A stretch of 64,000 bases of DNA from Podarcis cretensis (Eukaryota), in NCBI GenBank assembly GCA_951804945.1, contig OX638160.1:23560001-23624000 (forward strand), given 5' to 3'. The position numbers were made by a program, and so were the translations under genes. Positions 27,347-41,262 of this stretch are shown here, piece after piece. The stretch's first letter is position 1, and each line of letters opens with the position of its first letter. The notes beneath the pieces are model-generated. The model did no database searches. It saw only the letters and a program-made list of their open reading frames with translations, and was not told the origin of the DNA.

Positions 27347-27456
27347 CTTATTATAGCGATCATGAGGAACAGACTGCAACACGATAGGTTCCATTGTAGA
27401 AACATTTGCAAATTGCACCTCGGGAATGTACAGAGCACAAACCACATGAGCCCAAC
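27347..27456 (-). CDS. MLLT10: MLLT10 coding exon 4 (Zn knuckle and linker)
   Basis: (G)WAHVVCALYIPEVQFANVSTMEPIVLQSVPHDRYNK; acceptor ttttatag|, donor AAG|GTATAA; 110 nt. Confidence 0.97.
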
Positions 27457-30400
27457 CTATAAAAAGTTAATTACATTTTATTCTTAATGTCTTCTGACAA
27501 TACAAATAGAATAATTTCAACTATAAAAAGAACATTTCATATCACAATATGTTACATGTATTTTCAATTATTTAAACACAATGTAAGTATCTAACACATT
27601 CCTTAGAACATCACAGCATATAAAGATAAGATTACATATTTTCAAAGAGCTGTAAACAACTAATATAAATAATGATTTTGCAAAAGTAGAAACAAAACAC
27701 TTTTAGATTGTACCTAGTTCTTAATTCACATTAAAATTAACGGGCCTACATGCTTGAAATTGGGAAGAAAATATGCAGATAATTAAACTATAATGGTTTC
27801 TCTTCACACCTTTCCATAAGAATGAATTTTTTGCTTCTTTTCTTGTTGCTTACATCTAAGACCTGACACTATTACTTTTATATCTTCCTGTGTGGTATCC
27901 TAGAATGGTATTTCAGCATAAAGCAGCATATATTTTTAGCTTTCTTTCAGTAGCTTTTGATAGTATTTCATAGACCAGTAGGGTATTTTTTTCTGACAGT
28001 TTTTTCTTTTCAATTTCCAAGGATTCTTGACCCAGATAAGAGCCTGCCTAATTTCAGGTTCTCTGTGGTTCCCAAGAGAGTCACCAATTTGTGCTTGCCA
28101 AAGAAAACAATTTAACCATGTCTGCTACTGTTTCATTGCATAAATAGCTCAGCTTGAAAATTACTTTGCTATTCAAGAGCTGCCCATATTCTGTCCTGGA
28201 TTACTTTATACAGAGAATTCCCAGACAGTTTGATACACCAATTTCTCAATATGAAAAGCAGCAGAATAGTAGGAATGTTCAAAACGTAATTGCAGCCTTC
28301 CACAAGAAATTAGGTCCCAATCTTCACACACACTCTATATCTGTGTTAACGTCCAAACATGAAGAAGGAAAAAATATCACAGGGGTACACAAAGTACCTG
28401 TTAGAAATATCACATATACAACTTATCTAATCTTCATACAATGTTATATGGCTCCGCTCTACTTATTCCGTGTATACTCAGTTGCTTCAAACCATGCATG
28501 AGGTAATAGATCGTGTTTTACATGGCAATGCTGTGAACAGCAAATATTACGTAAAGCTGAAACAGGTTTGCAAACATTTGGGGCCATGAAAGGAGAAATA
28601 TTTGATTGTCTACAGCTCTCTGGAACCTGCTCCAGAACTATTTATAAATATCTGCAAAACAGAAATGAATTGTGGTGTTTACAGCATACATACTACGCAC
28701 TGGTATATATGCAACAAACAGCCTTGCCAAAAGTCTGAATCAACCTATTCCAGCATGCAGAAATGTTATGACACACACACCAAAATCCACAAGAGAGAAT
28801 GTGTGCACAAGGGACAAGGTTAATATACTCTCAAGGTCAAACTAGACATGCCACTGTGCACGTGACTGGCCCCTGTTTACTTTGTTGTCTTTCAAAATCT
28901 TTACACCCAATGGCAGCTTCCCTCTGAAGGCAAATGGTAACCACTGGGCAAGTCCTACCTGTATTGGAACCACGAGAAGAGCAATGAATTAAATCCCCCC
29001 ACACACTTATCCCCACATCAATGTGCCAATCAGGCCTCCCTCAGCAATATTTAACACAGGAAAACCAAACACACAAGTGCCAATCATGTGTACAACATTT
29101 AGTGCTGTTTCCCCCCCCCCCGAAGCCTTTTTCTCTCTCCAAAAATGGGGAAATTGAAAGATGTTGGGCTATGACATGTGACAGGGTGGATAAAATTTGT
29201 TTCTATCCAGGCAAACCTTTGATATTTAAAAGTCCATAATAAATATGATGACAAATATGAAGAAGCATAAATGGACTGAGATAGCTCAGAAAATGAGATT
29301 GATTAAATTTCATGAAGTATTCATTGAGTCTTGGCTCTGCCTTCTCTCTGCCCCCTCCCCACCCCCTCACAGCTCTTTTTATGGCAATGAGTGCATTATG
29401 TCTGCTTGACACTATGGAGAACAGAAGGAGACAGAGTGGTATTCAATGCTAGTCCTACTTAGAAGTTAAGAGACATGACTAACATAGGTCCCTAAATTTT
29501 AATGGGTCTACTCTGAGTAGGACTTCGTCAAATATATAGTTTTCTTATTTTTACTATAATTATCATGGTTTCTCCTGTTTTTATTGTTTTTTCCATTCTC
29601 ATAAACTGACAAAACGAAAGGGATGCTAGACTCCTTACAGTTCAGCAGCTTGGAGCTCCACTTGTAACAAAAAAAATGAAATCAATTAAAAATGTAAATT
29701 CAATTTGCAATGGACAAAATAAATTGTATTTTAATATACCAAACATGATAATCTAATGGCAAACCATATTATACAAAATACATGTTATGTTCCTAAAGCA
29801 ACAAAGTGACATTTGATCTGTAAAAGCGGCTTTAAAAAGTTGAATTTTTTTTTCAATTGTCCACAAATTTCCACACCCCTAAAAAAAAGGAAAAAATATT
29901 CTCCTGTGGGTTCAGAATTTCCAAAAAAATTATATCTCTAGTAAGAGTTGCATCTACTGCTCCACCCAGTATTTCCTCTTGCCCCACCCAGTACTGGAAT
30001 GCAACATCCAGAAGGTTTTCCATAAGATAATGTGACCTGACCCTCAGGCTGAAAAAGTCTCCACACTATTAAGATAAAGCCTTAAATGATAAATGTATTC
30101 TGGTTGGTGTGCTGTTAATAGGAGGAGGAAAAAAGAGCCCAGGATTGATACATGAAGTTACACTGAAATACCACTTTGGCTTTAGTTATTTCTGTTGCTA
30201 TCTGCTGGAAACAATGTCTTTGTGCTCCTAACAACCAAAAAACTGCTGGGAAATTAATTTTGCTGTATTTCAAGTAGCTAGCTGCCCACAAGAGGTTATG
30301 GCAAACTGAAACACTGATTTATGTAGAGCAGATTATACTAAAGTGGAAGTTAGGGCTATAGCTTTCTTTGGGGTCCCAGAAAGCCACTAGTGTTCATTTT

Positions 30401-30899
30401 TCAGTTCCCCTTTCCACAGGAACTCATAACCTTTTATAACAGACGTTGGAACTAATGCATCCCATCTGCTTTCTGCCACTAGAAATAACGTGTTCTTCTG
30501 TTCAGGGTCCTAGAAAGTGACCTGCTGCATTCCTGGCTAATATTGTTTATGCACACTGCTCCATTCAAACAGCTTTTTTTTCATGAGCTAATCATTTTTC
30601 AGATTTCCTTTCTTCCAAACCCTTAGATACAAACCCCATGACATAACACTTGCTTTTTCAGGGAATGTTGAAAGCAGCTGGGATCTCTTTGGAAACAGAA
30701 ATGTCCTCTTAACTGAGCAAGATAAGGATATTACTTCCCACCCCCCTCAAAATTTTAGCACATTTGCACCAGATAAGTATCCAATATTATTATGTGTTAA
30801 AAAACCTTGGGTTCTGAATAGGCAACAACATTAAGTTCTAACACTACTATGCGCTTACAGTGGGCAGTTAGCACCCTCTGAATGCATGTTACTTAAGGA

Positions 30900-32900
30900 A
30901 CTCACTAAGTATTGTGAGAATTTGCGTTACACTGAAGCTCAGTGTATCTGACTGCAGACCATAATCCAGTCATCTTGCAAACAGAACTATATCCCTCACT
31001 AAGATAACAGCAGACAATTCTGAACAGTTCAGTTGACAAGGGCCTTCCAAGTATTATATGCTAGGATAATTTATAGCTTAAATGATGCCATAGGTATGGA
31101 AGTCACACTGGGTGACATCCTGATAGCTAGTAAGGCCTAAGGCCTGCCTTTCCATCTTCAAGGTAGCAACCATAATAGCTGGGGCTGAGAAGAGCCCTTC
31201 CTTGCACAGCCAGTGCACCTCAGCATGAAGTGTTCACAGAACCGCCATCAAGAGCCATCTAGAGCCACCAAGAACGTCTTGGCCACCTAGAAATAACCAA
31301 AGTAGCATCTAATCGTTCTAACTGTCATAGGGATTACAGAAAACAAAAGGACTAAGAATACATTTGAAAGGCATCGTCTGCTTTTTCATAATTCATGTCT
31401 GCACCCACATTTGGTCCCTAGTTTGCTTCTTCAGCAGACATGCAAGTCAACAACGGGAACCCAAACATAACTGATCAGAAGGAACCTCCAGAGTTAGAGA
31501 TCGTTCCAAATGGCCTATTTTCTGCCTGCTCAACTACCATCCAAGCATTGTAGATGCCTCTCAGATACCTGGCTGTTGGAGGAGTCCTGCTTCACTCAAC
31601 AGAAGGCATGCAAGGGCTTTCCATAGGTAGGACACAGCTTCCAATAAGCTTTTTCACATGTATTTGTTGGTTTGGAAAGACACATTTGTTCTGTCCAACA
31701 GGAGAGCAAAGGTTCTGAGAGTCAGACAGACCACTCAGAACTCTAGGAAGCTGATGCTACAAGATGTCTTACAGTGTGACCACAGCGCCTAGATGAAGAA
31801 TTATTTGAAGTGTGCTTCCCACATAGGTAGGCGGGCATTGGTTACTTCTGAATATACTATGAGTAAGTCTTTGATATGTACACCTTTCCACCATAGTCCA
31901 CTGGGATATTGACATTTGAGTTCCTGGGTATTCAGATATGTGGGTTCAATCTTGATGCAATTTGATCTTGAAGATTAGCAGGAATGTCTGAAGAGCTCAG
32001 ACATGTAGATAGGCCCAAGAAAGTCAGCTGAAATTAAAACCCATCATTTCCAACAGTCTGGCTAAGAGTTAAATCTCCTTTGACCAGAGATAACAGGATT
32101 TTCCCTCCTCTAAAAGAAAAGAAAAACAATTGGCTTCCAGAAAGAGTTATCAAAAACATGTGCCTCTGGGGCTTCTGTACAGTAGTCTGCACATGTTAAA
32201 GACACAACCAGGTAGTCTTACAAACAGGAATAAAACTTATACTCTACCATCTTCAAGTAAGTCTTATTGGTAACTAGGAGCAAGGACAGGAAGAAGGAGC
32301 TGAAGACAGAACAACTGGCAGTGAAGTGCAGAAGGAACAATTGCAAAGTCAACGAGGCAGTTAGTAGTACTCTATAAAATTTATTCATGCAAGGAAATCT
32401 TAACAATACAGGCGTGCAGAAATAGTGCGACCCATCTCCATGCCAAAGCGTGGAGATCTACGATCTTTCTGAGGTCTTCTGATTTCTTCAATATACTGAC
32501 AAAAATATAATTCACCTTAAAGAAGTAATTATCCCTCTGGAACTAGCTCGGAGTCTATTACTCTTCTCTCCAGAAAGTATTGGATAGTATTGGAATAGTG
32601 TTGCATCTTTCTTGGGTTGCCTGAGCAAGGGAAAGTAAGGGATGGTCTCTAAGTATGCTTGAAGGGGGAATAACTTTCTCTCACTGTTTGCAGAACCCAC
32701 CTACAACATGGCCCTTCAACCACATATCTGAAAGTGTTAAGAAACTAAGGAGCCTTGAGTCAAGAGGAAGGGTTTCTCCCCAGGTTAGGGCTGATCAGAG
32801 TTACTCTTTGGTTTGGGAGAACTTTTGGAGTTTGGTGTTGCTTCTCTCATGGTCAGTGTTAGAAACTGAGATATGAAAGCTAGCAGCTAAATGGCACCTT
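30900..32900 (-). mobile_element. Highly decayed DIRS-like retroelement (RT remnant)
   Basis: Minus-strand peptides occur in DIRS-RT order and plausible spacing: WVLQTVRESY (32670-32699), FVSILKKSEDLRKIVDL (32453-32503), LLEMMGF (32036-32056). Outer boundaries are guesses. Confidence 0.5.
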
Positions 32901-33424
32901 AAACCTAGGTTATAGGTGCAACAAAGGAATGTCTAGGTGAACTTTTTTATAACAAGAATACAAAGCTGAAAATGAATGAACTGCTGCTAAAATATTATGT
33001 TCATTTTTCACATGGTCTAGTTGTTCCCCTGCCCACCCCCCTAATATTCTTAAGAGAATCTCTTCTCCAGTCTTCAGAAAGTAGCTGGAAGTGGGGAGAC
33101 AGAAAAAGGTCCTCCTTTCCTTCCACTCTGCAGTTTTAATCTGAAATCTTAGGCACAGTTCTGCACCCTGAGCTCAGAAACATCTTGCGCTAATGAAATT
33201 CCCTGTCACAAAATGCGCCTAGAACAATGGGAGTTTCGAAAACTGCTCATGGTATCCCTGAGATGGATGGCAGAAACAAGAGGAATGTCTAGAACAGGAG
33301 GGTATCTTGTTCATAAAACAAAAGGAGAATAAGGTAATCACCAAATACTGGAAAATGAAAGGCAAGACCAGAGTGTGTTTCTACTATGTTGGTTTTTGGT
33401 TTCTCACTCCCTTTCTCTCATTGT

Positions 33425-33650
33425 TTATTTATTATTGTTATTGTTATTAATAATATCCACCCATCTGACTGAGTTGCCCCAGCCACTCTGGGTGGCTTCC
33501 AACAAATTAAAACACTAAGCACAGTAAAACATCAAATATTAAAAACTCCCTACACCTTCAGATATCTCCTAAAAGTCAGATAGCTGTTTATTTCCTTGAC
33601 ATCTGACAGGAAGGCATTCCACAGGGCGCGACTACCGAGAAGGCCCTCTG
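33425..33650 (-). mobile_element. L2 LINE 3' end
   Basis: Degenerate (ttat)n tail, then ccacccatctg..gttgccccagccactctgggtggcttccaac and ggcattccacagggcgcgactaccgagaaggccct, typical of lizard L2 3' ends in reverse orientation. Confidence 0.75.
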
Positions 33651-36600
33651 CATCCTTCCCTTTATGCAGCTCCTGAAGAGCGCCACAGTGTCTTCCTATA
33701 CAAACAGATAGATGACTTGGAATAGATGGAAGGTGCCAACTTCACAAGAAGCTACCTTCCGAATTCCTGGAAACAGAACTTATCTCAATATTGAACTCCC
33801 TTCTCTGTACAATGAATGAAAATAATTTAACAAAAACTATTTGCTTTTAGAAGACCTACTAATTTGTTTTATCAGACCATCTTTAGTATTCTTTTTATTT
33901 ATTGCTTACTATACAACACACCAGTACTTAGGTGGTGTCGAACATGCCCTACTCTCAGCTTTAATCAGGAAAGAACAGCCACAAATCAGTCCAAGTTTGA
34001 AAACAGATGATTCAACAATCAAATTAAAGTTGGGTATCTCAACACTAGCATTATGAAGCGGAGTTCAATATTAAAATCTCACATTTCAAAGTAGCAGAAG
34101 GGTTATGTTGTTTATATTTATTAAGTAATTTATATCAGAATCCGGCTACAAGCAGATATAAGTACTTAATACAATATATTAGCAGTAGTCGGTGACAGCA
34201 CTTGGGTAACTTAAGTTTGCATTAGTGCTTTTTCTTTTAACGTGCAGAGCCTTAATGAAATTCAGAGGGAGAAAGCTGCTGACTCAAAAGCTGGCATGTG
34301 ACATTCCTTACAAGCTTAGGAGATCCCCACTCTAACCCTTAAAAAAATGACGACACTATTGCATTGTTAGTTGGCTTTCAACCAAGCAGCTGCCTTCCAG
34401 AAATCCTGTTATAAAGCTGACAAAGAATGCTGATGCACAACATTCCTGATCAGCATCCAGTTGGAACAGATTTCAATCCAATAACTGGTTCTAAATATGC
34501 TGAACTAAAAAGCTTTGTTGTGTACAGTGCAGGCTTCCAAACAAAACCGTAAAACAAGAAAGATTGCAAATACTGGGTGCTTTGTAACAGTTTAAAAGAA
34601 CCAACTCCCTCACAGCTTTTTAAGTCTCTTATTGATTTATTTAAAGCACACACATACAAACACAAACAACAACTAACACCCAAATGTTTTTGCAGAGATA
34701 CTGAGCTTTAAAAATGAAGTGTCTCTGGTATCCATTCTTACTCCAGGGCATCTTGCTGGAGATCAAAGATGTGCAATTTAAGAGTAGTAGAACAAACAAA
34801 ACATAAGGTCAGTTGTTTATGCAGTGATTAAGACCTCTGCGGAAATCTTGCAAGATATGCATTGCCAGTTACAGCAAGCAACTGGAATTTAAATTAGTGA
34901 ATCTAATACACAAATAAAAAGTATCCAGCTTCTTAAGAAGAGTAAGATACTATTAGACAAGAAACTGATGCAGAAGGAAAAACAACTGTATAATGCAACA
35001 ATGCGACGGGGCAATTTACAGTAAGTGGACATGACGAAACCTTGGTATAGCAACAGTTAGTGATATTGTCAATTTCAAGTGGAGTTCCAACAGGACCACC
35101 AAGGTGCAGTCTTATGTTTGGATTCTGTCAGGCCCCTCTGCCCACTGAAACTCTTGTCTTTATCTTTGCTTAATGCCTCAAAATTTGAACTTTTGTTCTT
35201 CTACTATTGTTATTCTGAGATTATGAATGGAAGAGCTCTTTCTGTTTGCAGCAGGAATAGGAATTCAGAAAATGCTGCCAGGGTGCAGTGCAGGGTAACA
35301 TTTTCCACTACCCTCTCCTTCCCCCCAGCAACCCCTTTCTCATGGTGCTCCAGAATGTCACCAAATGGTGCAAACCACAATTTTGAGGAACAAAGGGGAT
35401 GCAGGGGGAAATGGCAGAAAATGCCACTGCCCCCCCCCCACATCCTAGTGGGAGCTTCCTACCAAATGAACTCCACCCACAGGTTGTTCCCACCACCAGA
35501 ACTTTAGTTAAGATCTAATCCCAAATTATTATTATTTTCATTCCTTTACATGCTATTCTGTTTTTAATATAGTATAAATTCTGTTAAAAGAATACAAAAC
35601 TAAAAATATAACATGGTCTATGATAATTTCCTCGTTCAACGCTAAATAAGCTACATGTCATAAACACAGCTTGAAACATAATATTGTAATAATGAAACAA
35701 TTTTTATAATGTCTTAAAATATGAGAAAAATAGCTTTTCCCAGGGCAAGAAAAAACATGATTTTCCTGGCAAAGCCTACCCCTAATAAATACCATGCAAA
35801 CCCTACCATTAAGTTGAAAGTAATCTTCATTTTAGGCAAGCATTATCCAGAAGCAACTTTTGAAAATAGTTTTAAAGGCTTTATTATTTTTATAGCATAT
35901 CCTCCAGATTGCTGATAATAGGAGGCTGATATTTTTGCGTAGATAGCAATTTAATGTTCGGCAGCTCATTTATATTTATTTTTAAATTGGTGTGCTGCCA
36001 AACATGGTTCCTTGGATCCCTCGGGCTGGCTAATACCATATCATAAATATAAGAACAGTACCAATTTAAAATACAGAAACATAAAACAAGGGGGTGGGGA
36101 ACCTATCTGGCAGGTTCCAGAAACATTTAAGTGTGTGTGCCCTTTCTTTAAGACTTCACTCCCTCCCCTCAAAGCCTGAAGCAGGAAGGATTTCATCAAC
36201 TATCTAAAAGTAAAAATTGAGCTAGTCATGTTGTAACAGGACTTTTATGACTTGAAAAAGCTCCAGTGGATGGCACTGTGCAGATAAAACAGTGGTGAAG
36301 ATAGGATTTCTTCAAAGACACCACCAAAGAATCTGTGTTCAGCTGAACCTAACTTGACCTTTCCTAAACCTTTCTACACCTCATCATCCAGTTCCTTCAT
36401 TGTTCTCAATTGCCTTGAATATCTAGAGCAAGTCTGACCAGGCCTGATGGGAGTTGGAGTCTGCCAACATCTGGAGGTGCACTGGCTACTCCTGTTCTAC
36501 AGCCATCATGTCCAATACTCAAGTCGGTTCCAGCGGGTGGTGGAGGAACAATCTTGTTCTGCCAAGGGGCCAAATTAACCCATGAAGCAATTTGCCCCCA

Positions 36601-38524
36601 AACATACCCACCTGTCCACCAGCCAGTGTCACTGGGTAACTTCAGCTGATGGATAAGGGAAAGGGTAAAATCCTGCTGAGCACTGTGAATCCTGTAGGCA
36701 GCAGGACTACACTCTCTGCTCACCAACTGGAGGGCAGGAAATTCAGTCTTGCTGGGATTTGCTTTGCCAGCACATTCCCTGCAGGGAATGAGCTTAGGAA
36801 GCAGACCGCTCCCTGCACTGCCACAGGAATTCCCACCTATCAGTCAACTGACATGTTGTGGCCCACTCCCCATCAAAGTTGGGCCCCAGGGGTCGGGGGA
36901 AGATAAAGATGAGGCCTATTGAGCTAAGTAGTTATCCACCCTTGAGCTAGAGCTTTGACAGGACAGTCTGCCAAGTGCACCAAAAATTGCAGTTTGGAAA
37001 CCAACTAGATCCATAAACTTTCAGATGAGAACAATCCTTATTAGTCTGCCACCTCTGCAAGACTTGACAGATACTCCCAGAAAGTCAACTTTCCATGACA
37101 ATGGAGTAGTTGCATCCCCCAAACAGCATCCTCTACTCACTAAGAGAGTACCCTAATCGATACACATATTCCATGTCAGTAACCACAAGTTCATGGAAGT
37201 TAACACCTTATTCATTGTGGTAATACAACAGCAGAGACAAGGCTGAATTGAAAACTCTTGAAGTATATGAGCTGCTTTTCCATACAAAGTAGCATGAAGG
37301 CAAGACCAACTTGTTTCTTGATGCATATTTTCATCTCTTACACTAGACTCCTACACACAATAAGAGATAGCTTTACATCAATAATAATCCACGTCCTATT
37401 TCAAGAAAATTATGCTAATGAATCATTAGGCAAATTAAAGCTAAGCTAAAGTAAGCAATGCAGACTTTTGCTTTCTTCTAATAAGCACATTTGGGGCTCT
37501 TAGCCAAAATTTAAAAATCATGTGTTACTGATTCCCTCTAAAAAGCATTATAGCAAGAAACCTGGCTTGTAAGTTAAAATGAGAGTATAAATATGTTTGT
37601 ATTAGTGCCATGTTTTTATCTTTTATCCTATTTCTGCTTTTTGTAAGCCACCCCAAAAAGTCTCAAAAAGAGATGGGTCTATAAAATAAAACTTTATCAT
37701 GGAACTATGGAAAAGGAAAGTAATCACCACGGAAACCCAAATTAAGCCTTCACAAAAATGAAAAAAATTAAGCACAGATAAGTTTCCATGTATTTTAATA
37801 CAAACAACCTGCATTGGCTCCAAAGTCTAATTCAAAGTGCTGATGACCCTAAATGGTGTGGGTCATGGATACATCTCTTCTTCTACATAAGCCTAGCCAC
37901 AAGTTTAAAGACCTTCTTCAGGAGCCCTTCTCCATATGCTCCCTCTATAATGGATGGGTGCAGGGTTGGGCAAGCTAGTGTGTGCTGTGTAGATATTGCT
38001 GGACTACAAATTTTGCCAACCCTGATCATTAGCCATGCTGGCTTGGGGAGAAGGAAACACCATTTTAAAGTCAGGTGGTATCATCAAGTAGTTGCTTGTC
38101 ATATTAAGTGTGCCACTTGAGTTAGCAAACCATAGCCACTGAAGGAATTAAATAACCTTCACTGTTCACTTACACTGAATTATTTTTGCATAAAATTAAA
38201 GTCTACAATTTATATACAGCCCTCTAGCATGATGCAGTGCTCTCATTCTCCATGTGTAAGAGGAAGATAAGATTTCTCATATACATGCTGCAAGAATAAA
38301 TACATTTTACAGTGATGAGCACCTAAATTATTAAATATACAAACCCTGAAATACCTAAGGTTCAGAGCTCTTTAGAATAACAGAATATTTATATGTGGGG
38401 CTCCAAAAATCTTAACCACACAAGCTATGTTCCAATTTTATCAGTTTATGCAACTGAACTGCAGAAAAAGGAACAAAATCTTTAAATTACTAGAGACTTT
38501 TTTTTGAAAAGGTAAAAGACTTAC

Positions 38525-38579
38525 CCCCATTATCAGTCCTTTTCAAAGCACCATCCTTATGAGGGCATAATTCGCATCT
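38525..38579 (-). CDS. MLLT10: MLLT10 coding exon 3 (Zn knuckle)
   Basis: RCELCPHKDGALKRTDNG(G); acceptor cctgcag|, donor GGG|GTAAGT; 55 nt. Confidence 0.97.
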
Positions 38580-39954
38580 CTGCAGGAAGGCAAACAGTTA
38601 TTAAAACAAGAAATAAGGTACCGTTCAAATATTTTCTGTAGTTGACCCATTTCCTATTTGTCTCCTTTCTCATAAATATAGACCTTTCCTTAAGTTAAAA
38701 ACCTCTCTCTAACAGATATCTATGTCTTAAACCACAGCTCAGTATCCAACATTTCACACCCATGGTTTCTATTCATCTAAAGCTATTTATGAGAATGGCC
38801 ATTTCTGGAGCTCAATTTCTAAATTACAGACAAGCCAAACCTCCAGAGCCTTTAAGTTCTGTATTTACAGGAACAACGACACAAATAAGACAACCATGTG
38901 TGCTTCTGCATACACACACTGCTCCAAGTGATAGTGCTAAAAGCAACACTGTTGTATCAAAACCCACAAGATAGATCTGTTCTGCATGAGCCACATAATG
39001 TTATGGCCTAAAAGAATCAATACCAACGATTATTGCAAAACTTTATGTTGAAACTGTGATGTTTAGTACAATACTATCCATATCCAGAATTCAAATTAAA
39101 GTTGGTTATCTCCACACTAGCATTATGAAGCTAAGATCAAACAACCAATATTAAATTCAATACATTTGAAAGTAGCAGGAGAGTTATGTCGTTTATATTT
39201 ATTAAGTATTTTATATCAAAATCCAGTTATATCAAAATCCAGAACTTCAGTTCTCCATAGATACTTCTTTTTTACTTCATTGCCAATACAGAATTATAAG
39301 AAAGCTTTATCAGTACTTGCAAAAGTATCCTCCAAGACTGGAATTAATAATACCCCAAAGAAGTTCATGTGTTGAAGCTAGAGCATTGCAGGCAGACTAC
39401 AGAGCCAAGCTGATTTATCTCTCTTTGGTTTACAGTGTATTCTCACAGTGGGGTGGTGGGTGTCCAAAAATCAGAGAGTAAAACATTTATCAAGATAGCA
39501 GAGTACCACACTTCTGGTGGCACAGTGTTTGTGTCTGGCTTCTCTCTCTCTCTCCCCTTGTTGCAGGGAGTCAATGGGGAAGAGAATGAAGGTTAGCATT
39601 CCCTCACAAGATCCTCTGCCATCCTTTCCCCTCACCAGAAAAAGGTTGTGGTGGTGGGAAACACAACTATGAAGCATGCAGTACAGTATTTCTGCAACTG
39701 TTAGCCTCTGAGCAGCACTGAAAATCCTGCCTAGTTCTCTCTGTACTTCCATATTAAAACTAGAACATGAAAAAATCCAGGCAAAGGAAAAAAAATGAAT
39801 TTCTATGGCTTCCAGCGGATATATGCCCACTGTTAACCTGAGAATGAGAAAGCTTCAGCCCCTGCTAAGAATAATACATTTTGAGCATTTTTGCTACCAA
39901 GATAAGAACTAGATTAAAACATGCACCCAAGTATTACAACCAATTCAAACTTAC

Positions 39955-40034
39955 CACTCTAGCTGCTCTTTCCTGAGATTCACATTTTCTACAAAACCAA
40001 GGTCCAGTAGGTACTTGTACAATTCCATAGCATG
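39955..40034 (-). CDS. MLLT10: MLLT10 coding exon 2 (PHD1 C-terminal half)
   Basis: (A)CYGIVQVPTGPWFCRKCESQERAARV; acceptor aaaatag|, donor GTG|GTAAGT; 80 nt, frame joins the previous exon. Confidence 0.98.
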
Positions 40035-40783
40035 CTATTTTGGGAGAAAAGAGCCAAAAAATCATATTAAAAATACATATATTATACAGAAAAATAAGTC
40101 CTGCAATACACACATAGGTAAGTGCAAGGGTCATTCTGAGAGTTCATTTGCAAACTGGAGAAACTGTTGCGGGCACCACACATACATTTCAACCAAGCAC
40201 ACACCATAATGTATTCTACTGGCTACCATAGAATGTTTCTTTCAAGTCTTAACTTCAACAGGGGGAGAGGTGGAAGAGAGGATGTTGTGGGAGCCCTTGG
40301 TCAACGGGTAAATAAATTTTATTTCATCTGTCTAAAAATCACAGGTTATCAGTTTATTTTAGGGTTGTGCATTGGATTCAGAAGAACCCCAAGCTAAAAT
40401 TTGATGCCTCAGTAGTATTGTAAGCTTACCTAGGTAATGACAGGACCTGTGCAAGTCTGCATCAGTTAAAGCAGGGACCCTAAACCACTCAATATTGACT
40501 CAGTGATAGACATTTTAAAAATGCTGCAGACAAGTGTCTACTAAAACTGAAGATAAGCTTCTACGCTTACCACACAAGTTAAATGCCAAATCATGAGGTG
40601 AAAGGGCAACAGGTACACTACAAAATTGAAATTTAGCTCGCCAAGCTTAGGAAAGAGGTCAGTATAGAATGGGATAGCTTCTTCACAAAAGACAGGTCTA
40701 GCTTGTAATCATAAAGCAAACCCCTTTTAGTTATTCCTATGCCAAAATCCATTTTTATAAGGTGTATCCCACCTATCTGCCTG

Positions 40784-41226
40784 CAGGGTTCGAAATTAGC
40801 AGGGCACCAGGCACATTTTGCAACTACAGATTCTCCATTTGCGAGCACCTCAGAAAGTCTAGGTGCCACTTTTTGCGCCTGGCTGACACTTAAGGATTAC
40901 TGAAATGTATGTGCTTTAAAGCCTCAAAGTATATGTTAAGGATAGACAATCCTTAATTACTTAAGAAGTTTAACAATAAAGAGTAGAGTGTTTGGAAAAC
41001 CGAAGTATAGTACCAATATTTTTATTTCAACACCAAATTAAACATGTATTAACAATTTCCTGCTAAAAATGTGATATTAACAATATGTCTCTTATGCTTA
41101 TCAAAATAATAAATTAAAAGTGTTGCCGACCCCCACCCCACCTCCCGACATTCTGTTTTGGCACCCAAAACCCAGGTCCCAGAAGCCATTTGGCTCCTAG
41201 CTTTTCTATCCTAGCTTCTAACACTG
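40784..41226. mobile_element. hAT-type non-autonomous element
   Basis: Ends cagggttcgaa / ttctaacactg; 8-bp flanks tctgcctg / cttgcctg (6/8 match); AT-rich interior. Confidence 0.6.
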
Positions 41227-41262
41227 CTTGCCTGTAATTTAGCAAGCATTATCCACTCTACA

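Noticed and set aside
39934-40134. ORF-track 66-aa protein containing CYGIVQVPTGPWFCRKCE
   Set aside because: Only 39955-40034 is exonic; the rest is intron read-through.
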